Part shown: one piece after another, positions 17,451-27,234 of the stretch
Layout of the letters: each line of letters opens with the position of its first letter
Numbering within the stretch: position 1 is the first letter of the stretch
Virus record (IMG/VR): IMGVR_UViG_2974668079_000001
Location: 1 to 64,000 of that record
Direction: 5' to 3' (one strand)
DNA length: 64,000 nucleotides
Source: a virus
Lineage: Duplodnaviria > Caudoviricetes
Translations under genes and position numbers: made by a program
The notes under the pieces: generated by a model
What the model was told of the DNA's origin: nothing
Seen by the model: only the letters and a program-made list of their open reading frames with translations
The model's database searches: none

Positions 17451-18242
17451 ATGCTTAAATTCCGTGTGCAGAAACTAGACGACGTACAAGAAGAGTTCCG
17501 CCACCTATACATCCAACAAGCTGACGGCTCTTTCCTACTCGGTGTAGAAGGTGCTGTGGACAAAGCTAAGGTAGACGAGTTCCGTAACTCAAATACCAAC
17601 CTGCAATCTGCTAAAGAGCAGTTGGAGCAGCAACTGCAACAAATGGCTAGTAAGTTCGACGGTCTAGATCCAGAGCAAGCTAAAGAAGCGATGGAGATGA
17701 TGAACAAGATCCGCGACCAGAAGCTAATCGAAGAAGGTAAGATCGAAGAACTTATCGAAGCGCGTACTAAAGACATGCTTACTAACCACCAAACTCGTGA
17801 GCAAGAGCTTACGAAATCCATTAAGGACTGGGAAGGTAAGTTTAGCGGTCTTCAGTCAAACTACCGTAAGCTAAAGATCGGCTCGGACATCCTTGGTCAG
17901 CTAGACAAGATTGGTAAGGTTCACAGCTCATCCCGTGACATCATTACCGACCTAGCTGCTCAGGTTTGGCAATTGAACGAGAAGGACGAGCTTGTGGCAA
18001 TGAAAGGCGACCAGCCTGCATACAGCCCAGCCGACGCTACTAAACCACTATCAGCTGAAGAGTGGTGTATGCAGCTAGCGAATGACCGTCCGTACCTGTT
18101 TGAGTCAACTACCTCGATCAGTTCTGGTCAAGGCGGTCAGGGTGGTCAAGGCGTTAAGGGTGTTATCAGCGGCGACGATATGGACGCATTCGAGAACAAC
18201 CTTGAAGCAATTGCATCCGGTGAAGTTCAAGTAAACGTTTAA
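17451..18242 (+). CDS. Capsid scaffolding protein
   Basis: Coiled-coil protein upstream of the major capsid gene; RPYLFEST...GQGG motif. Confidence 0.8.
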   Translation: MLKFRVQKLDDVQEEFRHLYIQQADGSFLLGVEGAVDKAKVDEFRNSNTNLQSAKEQLEQQLQQMASKFDGLDPEQAKEAMEMMNKIRDQKLIEEGKIEELIEARTKDMLTNHQTREQELTKSIKDWEGKFSGLQSNYRKLKIGSDILGQLDKIGKVHSSSRDIITDLAAQVWQLNEKDELVAMKGDQPAYSPADATKPLSAEEWCMQLANDRPYLFESTTSISSGQGGQGGQGVKGVISGDDMDAFENNLEAIASGEVQVNV

Positions 18243-18268
18243 CTCTGAATTTTAATTTTAGTAAACAT

Positions 18269-18292
18269 AAAGCCACCTTCGGGTGGCTTTTT
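18269..18292 (+). terminator. Rho-independent terminator
   Basis: AAAGCCACC-TTCG-GGTGGCTTTTT. Confidence 0.9.
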
Positions 18293-18312
18293 AGTTTTTA
18301 TTAATAAGGGGG

Positions 18313-18343
18313 TTGACGAACTTAGTTGTTTGGGTTTTATAAT
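18313..18343 (+). promoter_or_regulatory. Probable sigma70-type promoter for the major capsid gene
   Basis: TTGACG-19 bp-TATAAT (spacer longer than optimal). Confidence 0.5.
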
Positions 18344-18448
18344 GTAACCAACAAAAGCAAACTTGTTTAGCGGCGGGGTCGCTTCTCAAGGGTTTCGGGG
18401 AAACCATGCGAAAGAACTTATCAAACGACAACACGAGGACTTAGCACT

Positions 18449-19576
18449 ATGGCTAATACTTTAGAAGCTGTCGCCCCGAAGCTGTTAGCTCAGGGCTTAA
18501 TGGCACTTCGTGGCACGAACGTAATGCCGACTTTAGTAAACCGCGATTATGATCGTGATCTTGCAGCCAAGGGTCTGACAGTGGATATTCCAATCCCTTC
18601 AGCGGTTCCTACTCAGGACGTTGCACCGGGCGCAACACCTCCTAACACTGGCGACGTAGCGCCAACAGTAGCGAAAGTTACACTAGACAAGTGGAAAGAA
18701 GCACCTTTCTACCTAACGGATAAAGACGTTAAGCAATCAATGAACGGTATCATCCCGCTTCAAGCGTCTGAAGCTGTTAAGTCTCTTGTAAACGACGTTA
18801 ACGCGGACATCCTAGGCAAATACACTTCTGTATACGGCATGGTAGGTACTCCGGGCGTAACTCCATTCGGTTCAAACACCAAAGAAGCAACTGACGCTCG
18901 TACTAAGCTGAACATCCAGCTTGCACCGGGTCAAGATCGTCGTTTCGTTATGGACCCATCTGCGGAAGGTAATGCACTTAACCTACGCGCATTCAACGAC
19001 ACTAACTTCGCTGTGACTGCTCAGCAAGTACGTGACGGTAAAATGGCTCGTAAACTAGGCTTCGATTGGGCGATGGATCAACAAGTACCTGTTCACGCTG
19101 CTGGTCTTTCGGCTGCGGCTGTTAACGGTGCTGGTCAAACAGGCAACCAATTAGCCTTCGACGGTGGTGTAGACGCTGCTGACGGTGGTACTGGTGTTAA
19201 AGCTGGTGACATCTTCACTATTGCGGGTGACGCTCAGACTTACGCAGTTGTAGCAACTACTGGCGCTAAAGCTGGCACTATGACCGTGACTCCGGCGATC
19301 AAGAAAGCTCCAGCGGACGACGCTGTGATCACGTTCAAAGCTACTCACACTGTTAACTTGGCATTCCACCGTGACGCGTTTGCATTCGCATCTCGTCCTC
19401 TGGCTGACCAAACTAACGGCTTGGGCAACATCATCCGTACTGCAACTGACCCGGTAACTGGTCTAGCACTACGTCTTGAAATCAGCCGTGAGCACAAACG
19501 TACTCGTTTCTCGTACGACCTACTATGGGGTTCATCTCTAGTACGTCCAGAACTGGCAGTGCGTGTAGCGGGCTAA
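18449..19576 (+). CDS. Major capsid protein (P22 coat-like, HK97 fold)
   Basis: MANTL...LVNRDY...GLTVDIPIP...NLAFHRDAFAFASRPL...YDLLWG; strongly biased codon usage. Confidence 0.9.
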   Translation: MANTLEAVAPKLLAQGLMALRGTNVMPTLVNRDYDRDLAAKGLTVDIPIPSAVPTQDVAPGATPPNTGDVAPTVAKVTLDKWKEAPFYLTDKDVKQSMNGIIPLQASEAVKSLVNDVNADILGKYTSVYGMVGTPGVTPFGSNTKEATDARTKLNIQLAPGQDRRFVMDPSAEGNALNLRAFNDTNFAVTAQQVRDGKMARKLGFDWAMDQQVPVHAAGLSAAAVNGAGQTGNQLAFDGGVDAADGGTGVKAGDIFTIAGDAQTYAVVATTGAKAGTMTVTPAIKKAPADDAVITFKATHTVNLAFHRDAFAFASRPLADQTNGLGNIIRTATDPVTGLALRLEISREHKRTRFSYDLLWGSSLVRPELAVRVAG

Positions 19577-19591
19577 TCCCGTATAGGTCAT

Positions 19592-19624
19592 GGGAGGTAG
19601 GGTTATCCCGCCTCCCTATTTTTT
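19592..19624 (+). terminator. Rho-independent terminator
   Basis: GGGAGGTAGGG-TTAT-CCCGCCTCCC plus T run. Confidence 0.75.
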
Positions 19625-19651
19625 AAGTTTAGTAAACTGAGAGTACGAATT

Positions 19652-20122
19652 ATGAGTCAAATTGACCCGCAAGAGATGCTTAAGCAAATCTTAGCTGCAT
19701 CTGATAACCCAGCAGAACTACTACGTGGTGCGATCCAAGAAGCTACAAGCGGTGAGAACGGCGGCAACGCTCTTCAACAGCTTGAATTACTTCTAGCATC
19801 TGACCCTAACCTAAAACACCACCTACGCTCTGGTATGCCTGCATCCGTGCAAGAACACCTACGTTACGTACCTACAATGATTGTTACGTTTACTACTGGT
19901 GCTTTCGGCGGCAAACCAATGGTGATCAACAAGTCGGACTTCGACGCTGACCTTCACGAAGAAGTTGACGTTGCTAAAGCTGTTAAAGCGGCTGCTGCTT
20001 CTGCTGCTAAGCAAGAAGAGCCTACCGTCGATGAAGGCGCTGGCGAAGACGCTACAGGCGAAACGGAAGATCAGACCGAAGACGCTCCTAAGCAGGGTCG
20101 TAGCCGTAACCGCCGTAGCTAA
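19652..20122 (+). CDS. Hypothetical virion-module protein with acidic and Arg-rich tail
   Basis: Between capsid and adaptor genes; ends KQGRSRNRRS. Confidence 0.7.
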   Translation: MSQIDPQEMLKQILAASDNPAELLRGAIQEATSGENGGNALQQLELLLASDPNLKHHLRSGMPASVQEHLRYVPTMIVTFTTGAFGGKPMVINKSDFDADLHEEVDVAKAVKAAAASAAKQEEPTVDEGAGEDATGETEDQTEDAPKQGRSRNRRS

Positions 20123-20161
20123 TTAGTAATACCTATTACTAACGTTACTGTTGATTGGAAG

Positions 20162-20187
20162 GAGGAGGCTTAGGCTTCCTCTTTTTT
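20162..20187 (+). terminator. Rho-independent terminator
   Basis: GAGGAGGC-TTAG-GCTTCCTC-TTTTTT. Confidence 0.75.
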
Positions 20188-20206
20188 GTTTCTGGAGATT
20201 ACTAAA

Positions 20207-20749
20207 ATGGCAATCACATTAACCGTACAGACTGGAATCTACCCGGTACGCAATGCCAACGCGTTCGCGTCTGTAGAGCAGGCTGACAATTACCATGCGC
20301 AGCGTGGTAATACAGAGTGGGCAGGCTTCGACGCCGACAAGAAGAAAGCTGCACTGATCAAGGGTGCAGACTTCATCGCTCAAGAGTTCAATTTCCGTGG
20401 TCGTCCGATGTACAGCGAAGAAGACCCAACTAACCCACAGTTCCTACCGTTCCCCCGCCATGACTTCGTAGACAAGGCTGGTCGTTCTATTACTGGCACG
20501 CCGGAAGGCGTTGTTCGTGCTAACATGGAGCTGGCATTGTTTGCCGGACGTGGGGACCTTTACCCTAACCAGACCACATTACTAAAACCGGGTGGTGCTG
20601 TGACTAAGGTTAGTAAGAAGACGGGTCCATTGACTACTACGTACGAGTACGCAAACCCTGTAGCCGTTCTGCACTCAACACCACACTACAAGAAGGTGAG
20701 CAGCTGGCTTAAGGACTACGTATACACTACCGGGCGTATTCACCGATAG
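20207..20749 (+). CDS. Head-tail adaptor (DnaT-like domain family)
   Basis: NANAFASVEQADNYHAQRG...KKAALIKGADFI...QFLPFPR motif. Confidence 0.8.
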   Translation: MAITLTVQTGIYPVRNANAFASVEQADNYHAQRGNTEWAGFDADKKKAALIKGADFIAQEFNFRGRPMYSEEDPTNPQFLPFPRHDFVDKAGRSITGTPEGVVRANMELALFAGRGDLYPNQTTLLKPGGAVTKVSKKTGPLTTTYEYANPVAVLHSTPHYKKVSSWLKDYVYTTGRIHR

Positions 20750-20761
20750 GGGATTACTAAA

Positions 20762-21157
20762 ATGGCTAACGCATACCAAGAGCAGATCGACGACGCTCTG
20801 GAAAGTATCAAGGAAGCAGGCAAGCAGTTCGACTTCGCGCTTACTACAGTGGGCAACAACCCGGATAAGCCGTGGCTAGGTGGTACAACCACAACAACCG
20901 ATGTCAAGCTGTGGGCTTGTGTCTTTCCGGTTAGCAGTGCTCCTTCTGCACTACGTGAGCCGATGCTCAAACAGGGCACCATGATCGAAACTCAAATGCG
21001 CTACGTGCTAGCAGCTGGTGAAGGCAGAACTACACACCCAAACACAGGTGACGTGCTAAAGTCATTTGAGGGGAACGACTGGGCAATCATGGCATGTGCG
21101 CCTCTTACCGTTAACGGGGAGGCTGCGATCATTTACGAGATGGTAGTTAAACGATGA
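20762..21157 (+). CDS. Head closure / neck protein
   Basis: Synteny and size; ends AAIIYEMVVKR. Confidence 0.65.
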   Translation: MANAYQEQIDDALESIKEAGKQFDFALTTVGNNPDKPWLGGTTTTTDVKLWACVFPVSSAPSALREPMLKQGTMIETQMRYVLAAGEGRTTHPNTGDVLKSFEGNDWAIMACAPLTVNGEAAIIYEMVVKR

Positions 21158-21567
21158 ACGACATAGAAGCACGAGAACGCATTAACCAAGAACTTACTAA
21201 CGGCTGGGCGACCCATTCTGCCACGGTTGATATTGCCTACGAGGGCGATGGTTACAAACCACAACCGGGCAAGGCTTATATCGAAGTTATTTTCAGTGTA
21301 GAATCCACTTCAAGCCAGTCGCTGGGTGATGAGGGTAATCGCTCCTTTATCCGCGATGGTGTTGTACACGTCAACGTGTACACTCCGGCTAACAACGGCA
21401 ACGCCTTCGCAGCTCACATCTACGCTATGGCTGTACGTGATATTTTCGAAGGTAAGCATTTCGGGGACCTTTGGTTCTGGGAGTGTAAAGCAAGTCCTGC
21501 CGGGAACGATGGGACATACAACGTAGCGTACGCAAATTGTGCGTTCCGCTTTCAGCAAATCAAGTAG
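21154..21567 (+). CDS. Tail terminator protein
   Basis: GVVHVNVYTPANNG...VRDIFEG motif; directly before the tail tube gene. Confidence 0.75.
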   Translation: MNDIEARERINQELTNGWATHSATVDIAYEGDGYKPQPGKAYIEVIFSVESTSSQSLGDEGNRSFIRDGVVHVNVYTPANNGNAFAAHIYAMAVRDIFEGKHFGDLWFWECKASPAGNDGTYNVAYANCAFRFQQIK

Positions 21568-21578
21568 GAGAATTACTA

Positions 21579-23021
21579 ATGAGTGATACTAACCGCGTAC
21601 GTCTTGCCATTGTGGAAGAGACTACACCGGGGACTGTCCCTAACAACCCTAAGTTGGTACGCCAGCGCGTTACTAACATGCCGTCTCTAGCGGTAACGCC
21701 GGAGACTATCGAATCGGAAGAACTGGACCCGTCCATGCAGACAACAGACCTCATCAAAGTAGGTCAGGCTGTTGGTGGTGAGTTCGGTATGGAGTTCAGC
21801 TACGACGCTCAGAAGCAATCAATGATCGGCATCATGCGTAACAGCTGGAACTCGTTCACGCAGTACAAGGGTGATGAAGTTGGCGCTATCTCAGCTGGCA
21901 AAGTTGCTGTTACTAACGTAGGCGCTGCGCTACCTGTTGGTGCGCTGGTTCTGTTCAAGAACTTCAACAACTCTGCTAACAACGGTGTTAAGCCTGTTAC
22001 GGCTGCGACCACCACAGATATTACAGCTACGGGCTTAGTAGCCGACGCGTCTAAGACGGGTAAGGAAGCCATTCACGTAGTTGGTCTGCAAGGTGGCTCT
22101 GGTCATCTGACTGTCACCGCAAACACGCTTGAAGCTACGTCAGGGTCGAACATCGACTTTACTAACTTTAAGCTACGTCCGGGCTCCTTGATCAAGCTGG
22201 GTGGTAAGGACGCGGCTAACCGCTTCGCTACGGCTAACGTGAACGCTATGGTGCGCGTTACTAAAATTGAAGCCAAGAAGCTTACGCTAGCTGACCTACC
22301 TACTGGATGGGCTGCTGACAACGGTGCTGGTAAGACTATTCAAGTCTGGTTGCCAGAGGACGACATTGTGAACGGAGTGGCTACCAAGTCATTCACGTTC
22401 CTGCAATCATTCTTGGACCACAACCCGGTAACACACCAGATCTTCAATGGTATGCGTATCGGTACTATGAACATGGAGATGCGTTCTAAGCAGATCGTTA
22501 CGTTCAGCATCAACGCTCAGGGTACTAAGGGTGCTATCGACGAGACGGGTGTGGCGGGTGCTACTATCCTGCCAGCGTCTACAGACGTGGTAATCAACAC
22601 CTCGTCTAACGTTGCGGAGCTACGCGAAGCTGGTCGTAAGATTGAAGGTCCGAACTACGTGACAGGCGTTACACTGGCGCTGAACAACAACCCACGTAAC
22701 GACGACGCAATCGGCTACGAGTCTCCGGTTAACATCGGTGGTGGTACGTTCCAGCTGACAGGCACGCTAAACACGTACTTTGGCAACAAGTCGCTAGTTG
22801 AGAAGGTGATCAACAACTCGACAACGTCACTGCTCCTAAACTTCAAAGACGGTGAAGGTCAGCACGTGGTGTTCGATATGCCACGCGTTAAGTACTCTAG
22901 CGGCTCTCCGGCGGTATCAGGCAAGAACGCGGCTAATACCGCAGACCTTGGCTACACGGCTCTGAAACACCTAGACTACGGCTACACGCTAGGCATTCAG
23001 AAGTTCCGTTACATGGAGTAA
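21579..23021 (+). CDS. Major tail tube protein
   Basis: MSDTNRVRLAIVEETTPG start; LTGTLNTYFGN...FDMPRVKY C-terminal motif. Confidence 0.85.
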   Translation: MSDTNRVRLAIVEETTPGTVPNNPKLVRQRVTNMPSLAVTPETIESEELDPSMQTTDLIKVGQAVGGEFGMEFSYDAQKQSMIGIMRNSWNSFTQYKGDEVGAISAGKVAVTNVGAALPVGALVLFKNFNNSANNGVKPVTAATTTDITATGLVADASKTGKEAIHVVGLQGGSGHLTVTANTLEATSGSNIDFTNFKLRPGSLIKLGGKDAANRFATANVNAMVRVTKIEAKKLTLADLPTGWAADNGAGKTIQVWLPEDDIVNGVATKSFTFLQSFLDHNPVTHQIFNGMRIGTMNMEMRSKQIVTFSINAQGTKGAIDETGVAGATILPASTDVVINTSSNVAELREAGRKIEGPNYVTGVTLALNNNPRNDDAIGYESPVNIGGGTFQLTGTLNTYFGNKSLVEKVINNSTTSLLLNFKDGEGQHVVFDMPRVKYSSGSPAVSGKNAANTADLGYTALKHLDYGYTLGIQKFRYME

Positions 23022-23031
23022 ATCGAAGCAC

Positions 23032-23060
23032 TTGCGTCGAGGCACAACCTAGAATAAGAT
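23032..23060 (+). promoter_or_regulatory. Possible sigma70-type promoter
   Basis: TTGCGT-17 bp-TAAGAT. Confidence 0.5.
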
Positions 23061-23061
23061 C

Positions 23062-23087
23062 AAAGCGTCCAATACGGGCGCTTTTTT
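23062..23087 (+). terminator. Rho-independent terminator after the tail tube gene
   Basis: AAGCGTCC-AATAC-GGGCGCTTTTTT. Confidence 0.75.
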
Positions 23088-23111
23088 AATATTAGTAAAC
23101 AAGGAAATCCC

Positions 23112-23564
23112 ATGAAGAAGACTAACCCTTTCGCTCTATTCCGCACCTCTACTAACGACGAAGTGAACGGCGTAGTGGTAAACTACGGCTCATTCCGCGT
23201 TACAGTGGCGTACGCTGGCGGCGCTAACACAGACTACAACCGTCTGCTTATGAAACTTGGTAAGCCGTACTTGAAACTAATAAAGTCAGGCAACCTGCCA
23301 GAAGAAGTTACGAAAGAGATCGATGAGAAGCTTTACACGCAGACCATCATCAAGAACTTTGAAGTAGACGTAGCTGAAGAAGGTGCAGAAGCTCCAGTGT
23401 GGAAACGCGGCATTCCAACTGAAGAAGGTGAAGTCCTAGACTACAACGAAGAGAACTTAGTAAGCCTACTACGCTCCCTTCCACACCTATTCGAAGACAT
23501 TAAGTCATTCGCTCAGGATATGTCGAACTACAAACCTGATCTGGAAGTAGCTAAGGGAAACTAA
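23112..23564 (+). CDS. Tail assembly chaperone (gpG-like)
   Basis: Position between tail tube and TMP; ends at slippery GGGAAAC. Confidence 0.85.
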   Translation: MKKTNPFALFRTSTNDEVNGVVVNYGSFRVTVAYAGGANTDYNRLLMKLGKPYLKLIKSGNLPEEVTKEIDEKLYTQTIIKNFEVDVAEEGAEAPVWKRGIPTEEGEVLDYNEENLVSLLRSLPHLFEDIKSFAQDMSNYKPDLEVAKGN

Positions 23565-23956
23565 TAGAGTTTCTAAAGCATGAGCTGGAATACGGGGACG
23601 ATGATTTCACGTTTATCATTGAAGCCGCAATCGAAGCCGGAGACCCACTTCCGGCTTTTGCTTCAGAAGCGCCGAAACTCCTAGACCCATTAGTACCAAC
23701 CTATAACATGTTCTGGGATATATACCGATACAGACGTGTTATCGCCAGAAATGATTTTGTCCCTTGGGAAGTCCTTGAACGGTTCGCCGCTAAGTACGGG
23801 ATTGAAGAGCTGGGAGAGTTTCAAGAGTTCTGTGAGTTGTTCCGCGAGATGGAGAAAGTTTACTTAGACCACCTAGTAGAACAGTACGAACAGGAACAGA
23901 AGCAGGACCAGAATCAACAAGGGGGACAGCATGGCGAATTTCTCGGACATACCTAA
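23555..23956 (+). CDS. -1 frameshift extension of the tail chaperone (gpGT-like)
   Basis: G GGA AAC at 23555-23561; the -1 frame is open (KLIEFLKHELEY...) through the 23708-23956 ORF. Confidence 0.85.
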   Translation, partial: GKLIEFLKHELEYGDDDFTFIIEAAIEAGDPLPAFASEAPKLLDPLVPTYNMFWDIYRYRRVIARNDFVPWEVLERFAAKYGIEELGEFQEFCELFREMEKVYLDHLVEQYEQEQKQDQNQQGGQHGEFLGHT

Positions 23957-24386
23957 AGATCTAAAGCACTTCGCTTTCACCCTCCAAGCTAATACCGAAA
24001 CAAGGCAGCGTGAAGTTGCCTTGACCATTACCAGAGAGCTTATGCAGCGAAACCCTAAGAAGACGGGTCGTTCTGCTGGCAACTGGCAGGTCGGTATGAA
24101 TCGCCCCAAACTAATTGCACAGGCTCCTCCGGTAGCGGAGAGGGCTTCGGATGAAGAACTTAGTAAAAGTTCTAAACTGTTCGTGCAGAAACAACTTAGT
24201 AAAGCGATTAACGATATTACTAAGGGAACTCTACGCGGGGATGACCCGGTAATCTATATTAGTAATACCATCAACTATGTAGTTTACCTAAACACCACCC
24301 GACCATCACCACAGGCTGCTCCGGGTTGGATTGAAGCATCGATCCGATTTGGCGCAGATAGCACTAAGGGAGTGAAACTTACGTAA
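23931..24386 (+). CDS. HK97 gp10-like tail component
   Basis: PKKTGRSAGNWQVG...IYISNTINYVVYLN...QAAPGWIE motif. Confidence 0.8.
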   Translation: MANFSDIPKDLKHFAFTLQANTETRQREVALTITRELMQRNPKKTGRSAGNWQVGMNRPKLIAQAPPVAERASDEELSKSSKLFVQKQLSKAINDITKGTLRGDDPVIYISNTINYVVYLNTTRPSPQAAPGWIEASIRFGADSTKGVKLT

Positions 24387-27232
24387 TGGCTGGTGAAAGT
24401 TACATTATCAAGGTACGGCAACACGGTGCGCGGGAGGTCAAACGATCACTCGATGACATCGGTGCTAGTGCTAAACAGACCACGAGCACACTGGAGGGGA
24501 TGCGTAAGGGCTTGAACCTCCTACTTGGTCTCTACGGTCTAACAGCACTACAGCAGTATGCCGACGAATATCAAAACTTGGATGCGAAGCTTAAGATCGC
24601 AACGCATAGTACAGAGGAGCTGGCTCGTGCAGAGGACCAGCTTTTCCGCATTGCGAACAGAACGTATTCCTCATTCTCAAGTACCGTTGACCTATACGCA
24701 CGTTTTGAGCGTTCTACACGGAGTCTTAAGATCTCGCAGGATAACCTCCTACAGATCACAGAGACGGTGAACAAAGCCATTGCCTTATCCGGTGCAAGTA
24801 CTCAGGCTGCTAACGCGGCTATCTTGCAGTTAGGTCAGGGTATGGCGGCAGGCACACTCCGTGGTGACGAACTTAACTCAGTTCTCGAACAAGCACCACG
24901 TCTAGCCGAGGCAATTGCTTCCGGTATGGGCGTTGCTGTTGGTAACTTGAAGCGTCTTGGTGAGCAGGGACTTATCACAACGGAAGAAGTACTCAACGCA
25001 CTTGCGTCTCAGGGTGCTGCTATCGACAAGGAGTTCCTAAACGTAAACCTTACTATTGGTAAAGCAATGGAGGTTCTGAATAACCAGATCCTACGTGCCA
25101 TTGGTCAGCTAGATAGTAAACTAGGCATCTCGTCTACCATCGCTAAGTCTATTGTAACGTTGAGCCAAAACCTCGACCAAGTTGCAGGTGCGGCTCTTGG
25201 CGCTGCTGCTGGTCTTGCAGTAATGTACGCGCCAGCTTTACTAAAAGGTCTGGTAACTGTTACGCGATTAGTAAAAGGGTTAACTCTTGCGATGGTTTCT
25301 AACCCGTTGGGTGCGATGGCGGTAGCTGCTGCCACCCTTATCGGCTATTTGACCATTATGGGCGACCAGATTAAGCCTCTGAGCGATAGTTTCGCTACTG
25401 TGGCGGACTTCGCTACTGCTGGCTTCGATATGGCGTCAGAATCGCTCTCAGGGCTTTACAGCTTAATTGAGGATGATGTCAATTCTGCACTAAGCACCAT
25501 GCGTACCACAGCAGACGAGCTGTTTACTAAGATGGGACCGTTAATCGACCAAGCAATGTCTATTGGTTATGACGCTATCAACAAAGTGATCGGGGCGTTC
25601 GTTATCGCTCGTAAGGTCGGCGCTCAACTGTTCGAATTAGTACTACAGGGTGCTTCCGGTCTATGGGAAGGTCTAACAGCATTCTACGACTTCTCTGTAG
25701 GCTTGGCTAAGTCGATGTTCCAGACTGTCGGCGGTATTGCAAACACAGTGTCGAAGAGCACGGGTATTACACTGGAGTCGCTGGCACAAGGCTTCAAGCA
25801 GGTTCTTAACATCGCTATCGGTGTGTTCACGTTAATTCCGCGCCTAGCATTTACTATGGCGAAGAACGTAGCGAAGAACTTCGAGGCACTGTTTGCAGAT
25901 ATTACTAATATGGGCTCGGCTACAATGGAGGCTCTAAAAGTAGCGTTCTCAGGCGGTGACTTTACTGAAGCGTTCAGCAAGATCCGAGCTCAGTCTAATG
26001 GCGCTATTGACGGTATGGGCGACGACATCTCTAGCGTTCTTAAGGACACGTTCAACCAAGACTATGTTGGCGACCTTATTGCTAAGACTGTCGAGTTGAA
26101 AGAGCAGTTCATGGACACGTTCGGTGATGACCTTGCCCAAGACTACCTGAGTGACGCTCAGCAATCTCTAAGCGAGTTCTACAAGGAGTTCAAGACACGT
26201 GCTGAAGATGCAGCTACTGCCCGCCTAGCGGCTGAGCAGGAAGTTACTAAAGAGTACGAGAAGCAGAACAAGATTGTAGGCGGTGGGGATGCTTTCAGTT
26301 CTGACCAGATTGATAAGTTTACTAAGAAGCTTAACGCTATGCGTGAGACTCTTAACGGACTCGACCCAACTTGGGAACGCTCAACTGAGATCATCAACAT
26401 CTGGCGTGATACAGCCCTTAACGCGGTAGACAAGAACTGGGAGCGTTACGAAGAGTACGCGAACATGGTTGAGGAAGTTACACGCGAGAAGATCAACAAA
26501 GCCTACTGGGAGCACATGGACCAATCTGAGGCTGCTTTCGACGGCATGATCTCAGCCGCGCATAAGATGCAGAAGGAGTACGACAACTCTGCTGAACTCA
26601 TGAAGAAAGGCATGGGCACGGTGATTGACGGTCTTACTAACCAGTTCATGCGATTTGCTATGACTGGTAAGTTTAGCTTCAAAGAGCTGGCTGCTGGCGT
26701 TGCTGCTTCTATCGCTGAGATGATGATGCGTATGCTCGTCATGCGTGCGGTTCTGGCGGCGTTGAACGTCATTCCGGGCTTTGCTGCTGCTATGGCTGGT
26801 GCCGACGTTGCTGGTCAGGCTGCAACCGCTGGCGGTGCTGCTGCCAACTTCGCCACATCCACGGCTGTACTACAGCAGGGTATGGGTCAGGCGCAGGCTG
26901 CTAACTCGAAGATGTACGCTAAGGGCGGTGCTTTCAGTCGCGGTGTTGAGATGTTTGCTAACGGTGGTGCCTTTACTAACAGTGTGGTATCTCGACCTAC
27001 AAACTTCGCAATGGCTGGCGGTCTTGGTATGATGGGTGAAGCGGGACCAGAGGCTATTATGCCGCTATCGCGTGGATCTGACGGTAAGTTGGGTGTTCAA
27101 GCAAGCGGAGCCGCTTCTCCAGAGGTTAACGTGTACTTTGTACAAAGCGCCGATGAAGCTGCGGAACTAATGGCTCAAAACCCGAAAGCGATTAACAAAT
27201 TAGTAAGGGCTATTGACGAGGCTAAAGGATAA
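24386..27232 (+). CDS. Tape measure protein
   Basis: N-terminal tape-measure domain (LQLGQGMAAGTLRGDELNSVLEQAP) and lambda-like C-terminus (FANGGAF...MGEAGPEAIMPL). Confidence 0.95.
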   Translation: MAGESYIIKVRQHGAREVKRSLDDIGASAKQTTSTLEGMRKGLNLLLGLYGLTALQQYADEYQNLDAKLKIATHSTEELARAEDQLFRIANRTYSSFSSTVDLYARFERSTRSLKISQDNLLQITETVNKAIALSGASTQAANAAILQLGQGMAAGTLRGDELNSVLEQAPRLAEAIASGMGVAVGNLKRLGEQGLITTEEVLNALASQGAAIDKEFLNVNLTIGKAMEVLNNQILRAIGQLDSKLGISSTIAKSIVTLSQNLDQVAGAALGAAAGLAVMYAPALLKGLVTVTRLVKGLTLAMVSNPLGAMAVAAATLIGYLTIMGDQIKPLSDSFATVADFATAGFDMASESLSGLYSLIEDDVNSALSTMRTTADELFTKMGPLIDQAMSIGYDAINKVIGAFVIARKVGAQLFELVLQGASGLWEGLTAFYDFSVGLAKSMFQTVGGIANTVSKSTGITLESLAQGFKQVLNIAIGVFTLIPRLAFTMAKNVAKNFEALFADITNMGSATMEALKVAFSGGDFTEAFSKIRAQSNGAIDGMGDDISSVLKDTFNQDYVGDLIAKTVELKEQFMDTFGDDLAQDYLSDAQQSLSEFYKEFKTRAEDAATARLAAEQEVTKEYEKQNKIVGGGDAFSSDQIDKFTKKLNAMRETLNGLDPTWERSTEIINIWRDTALNAVDKNWERYEEYANMVEEVTREKINKAYWEHMDQSEAAFDGMISAAHKMQKEYDNSAELMKKGMGTVIDGLTNQFMRFAMTGKFSFKELAAGVAASIAEMMMRMLVMRAVLAALNVIPGFAAAMAGADVAGQAATAGGAAANFATSTAVLQQGMGQAQAANSKMYAKGGAFSRGVEMFANGGAFTNSVVSRPTNFAMAGGLGMMGEAGPEAIMPLSRGSDGKLGVQASGAASPEVNVYFVQSADEAAELMAQNPKAINKLVRAIDEAKG

Positions 27233-27234
27233 AT

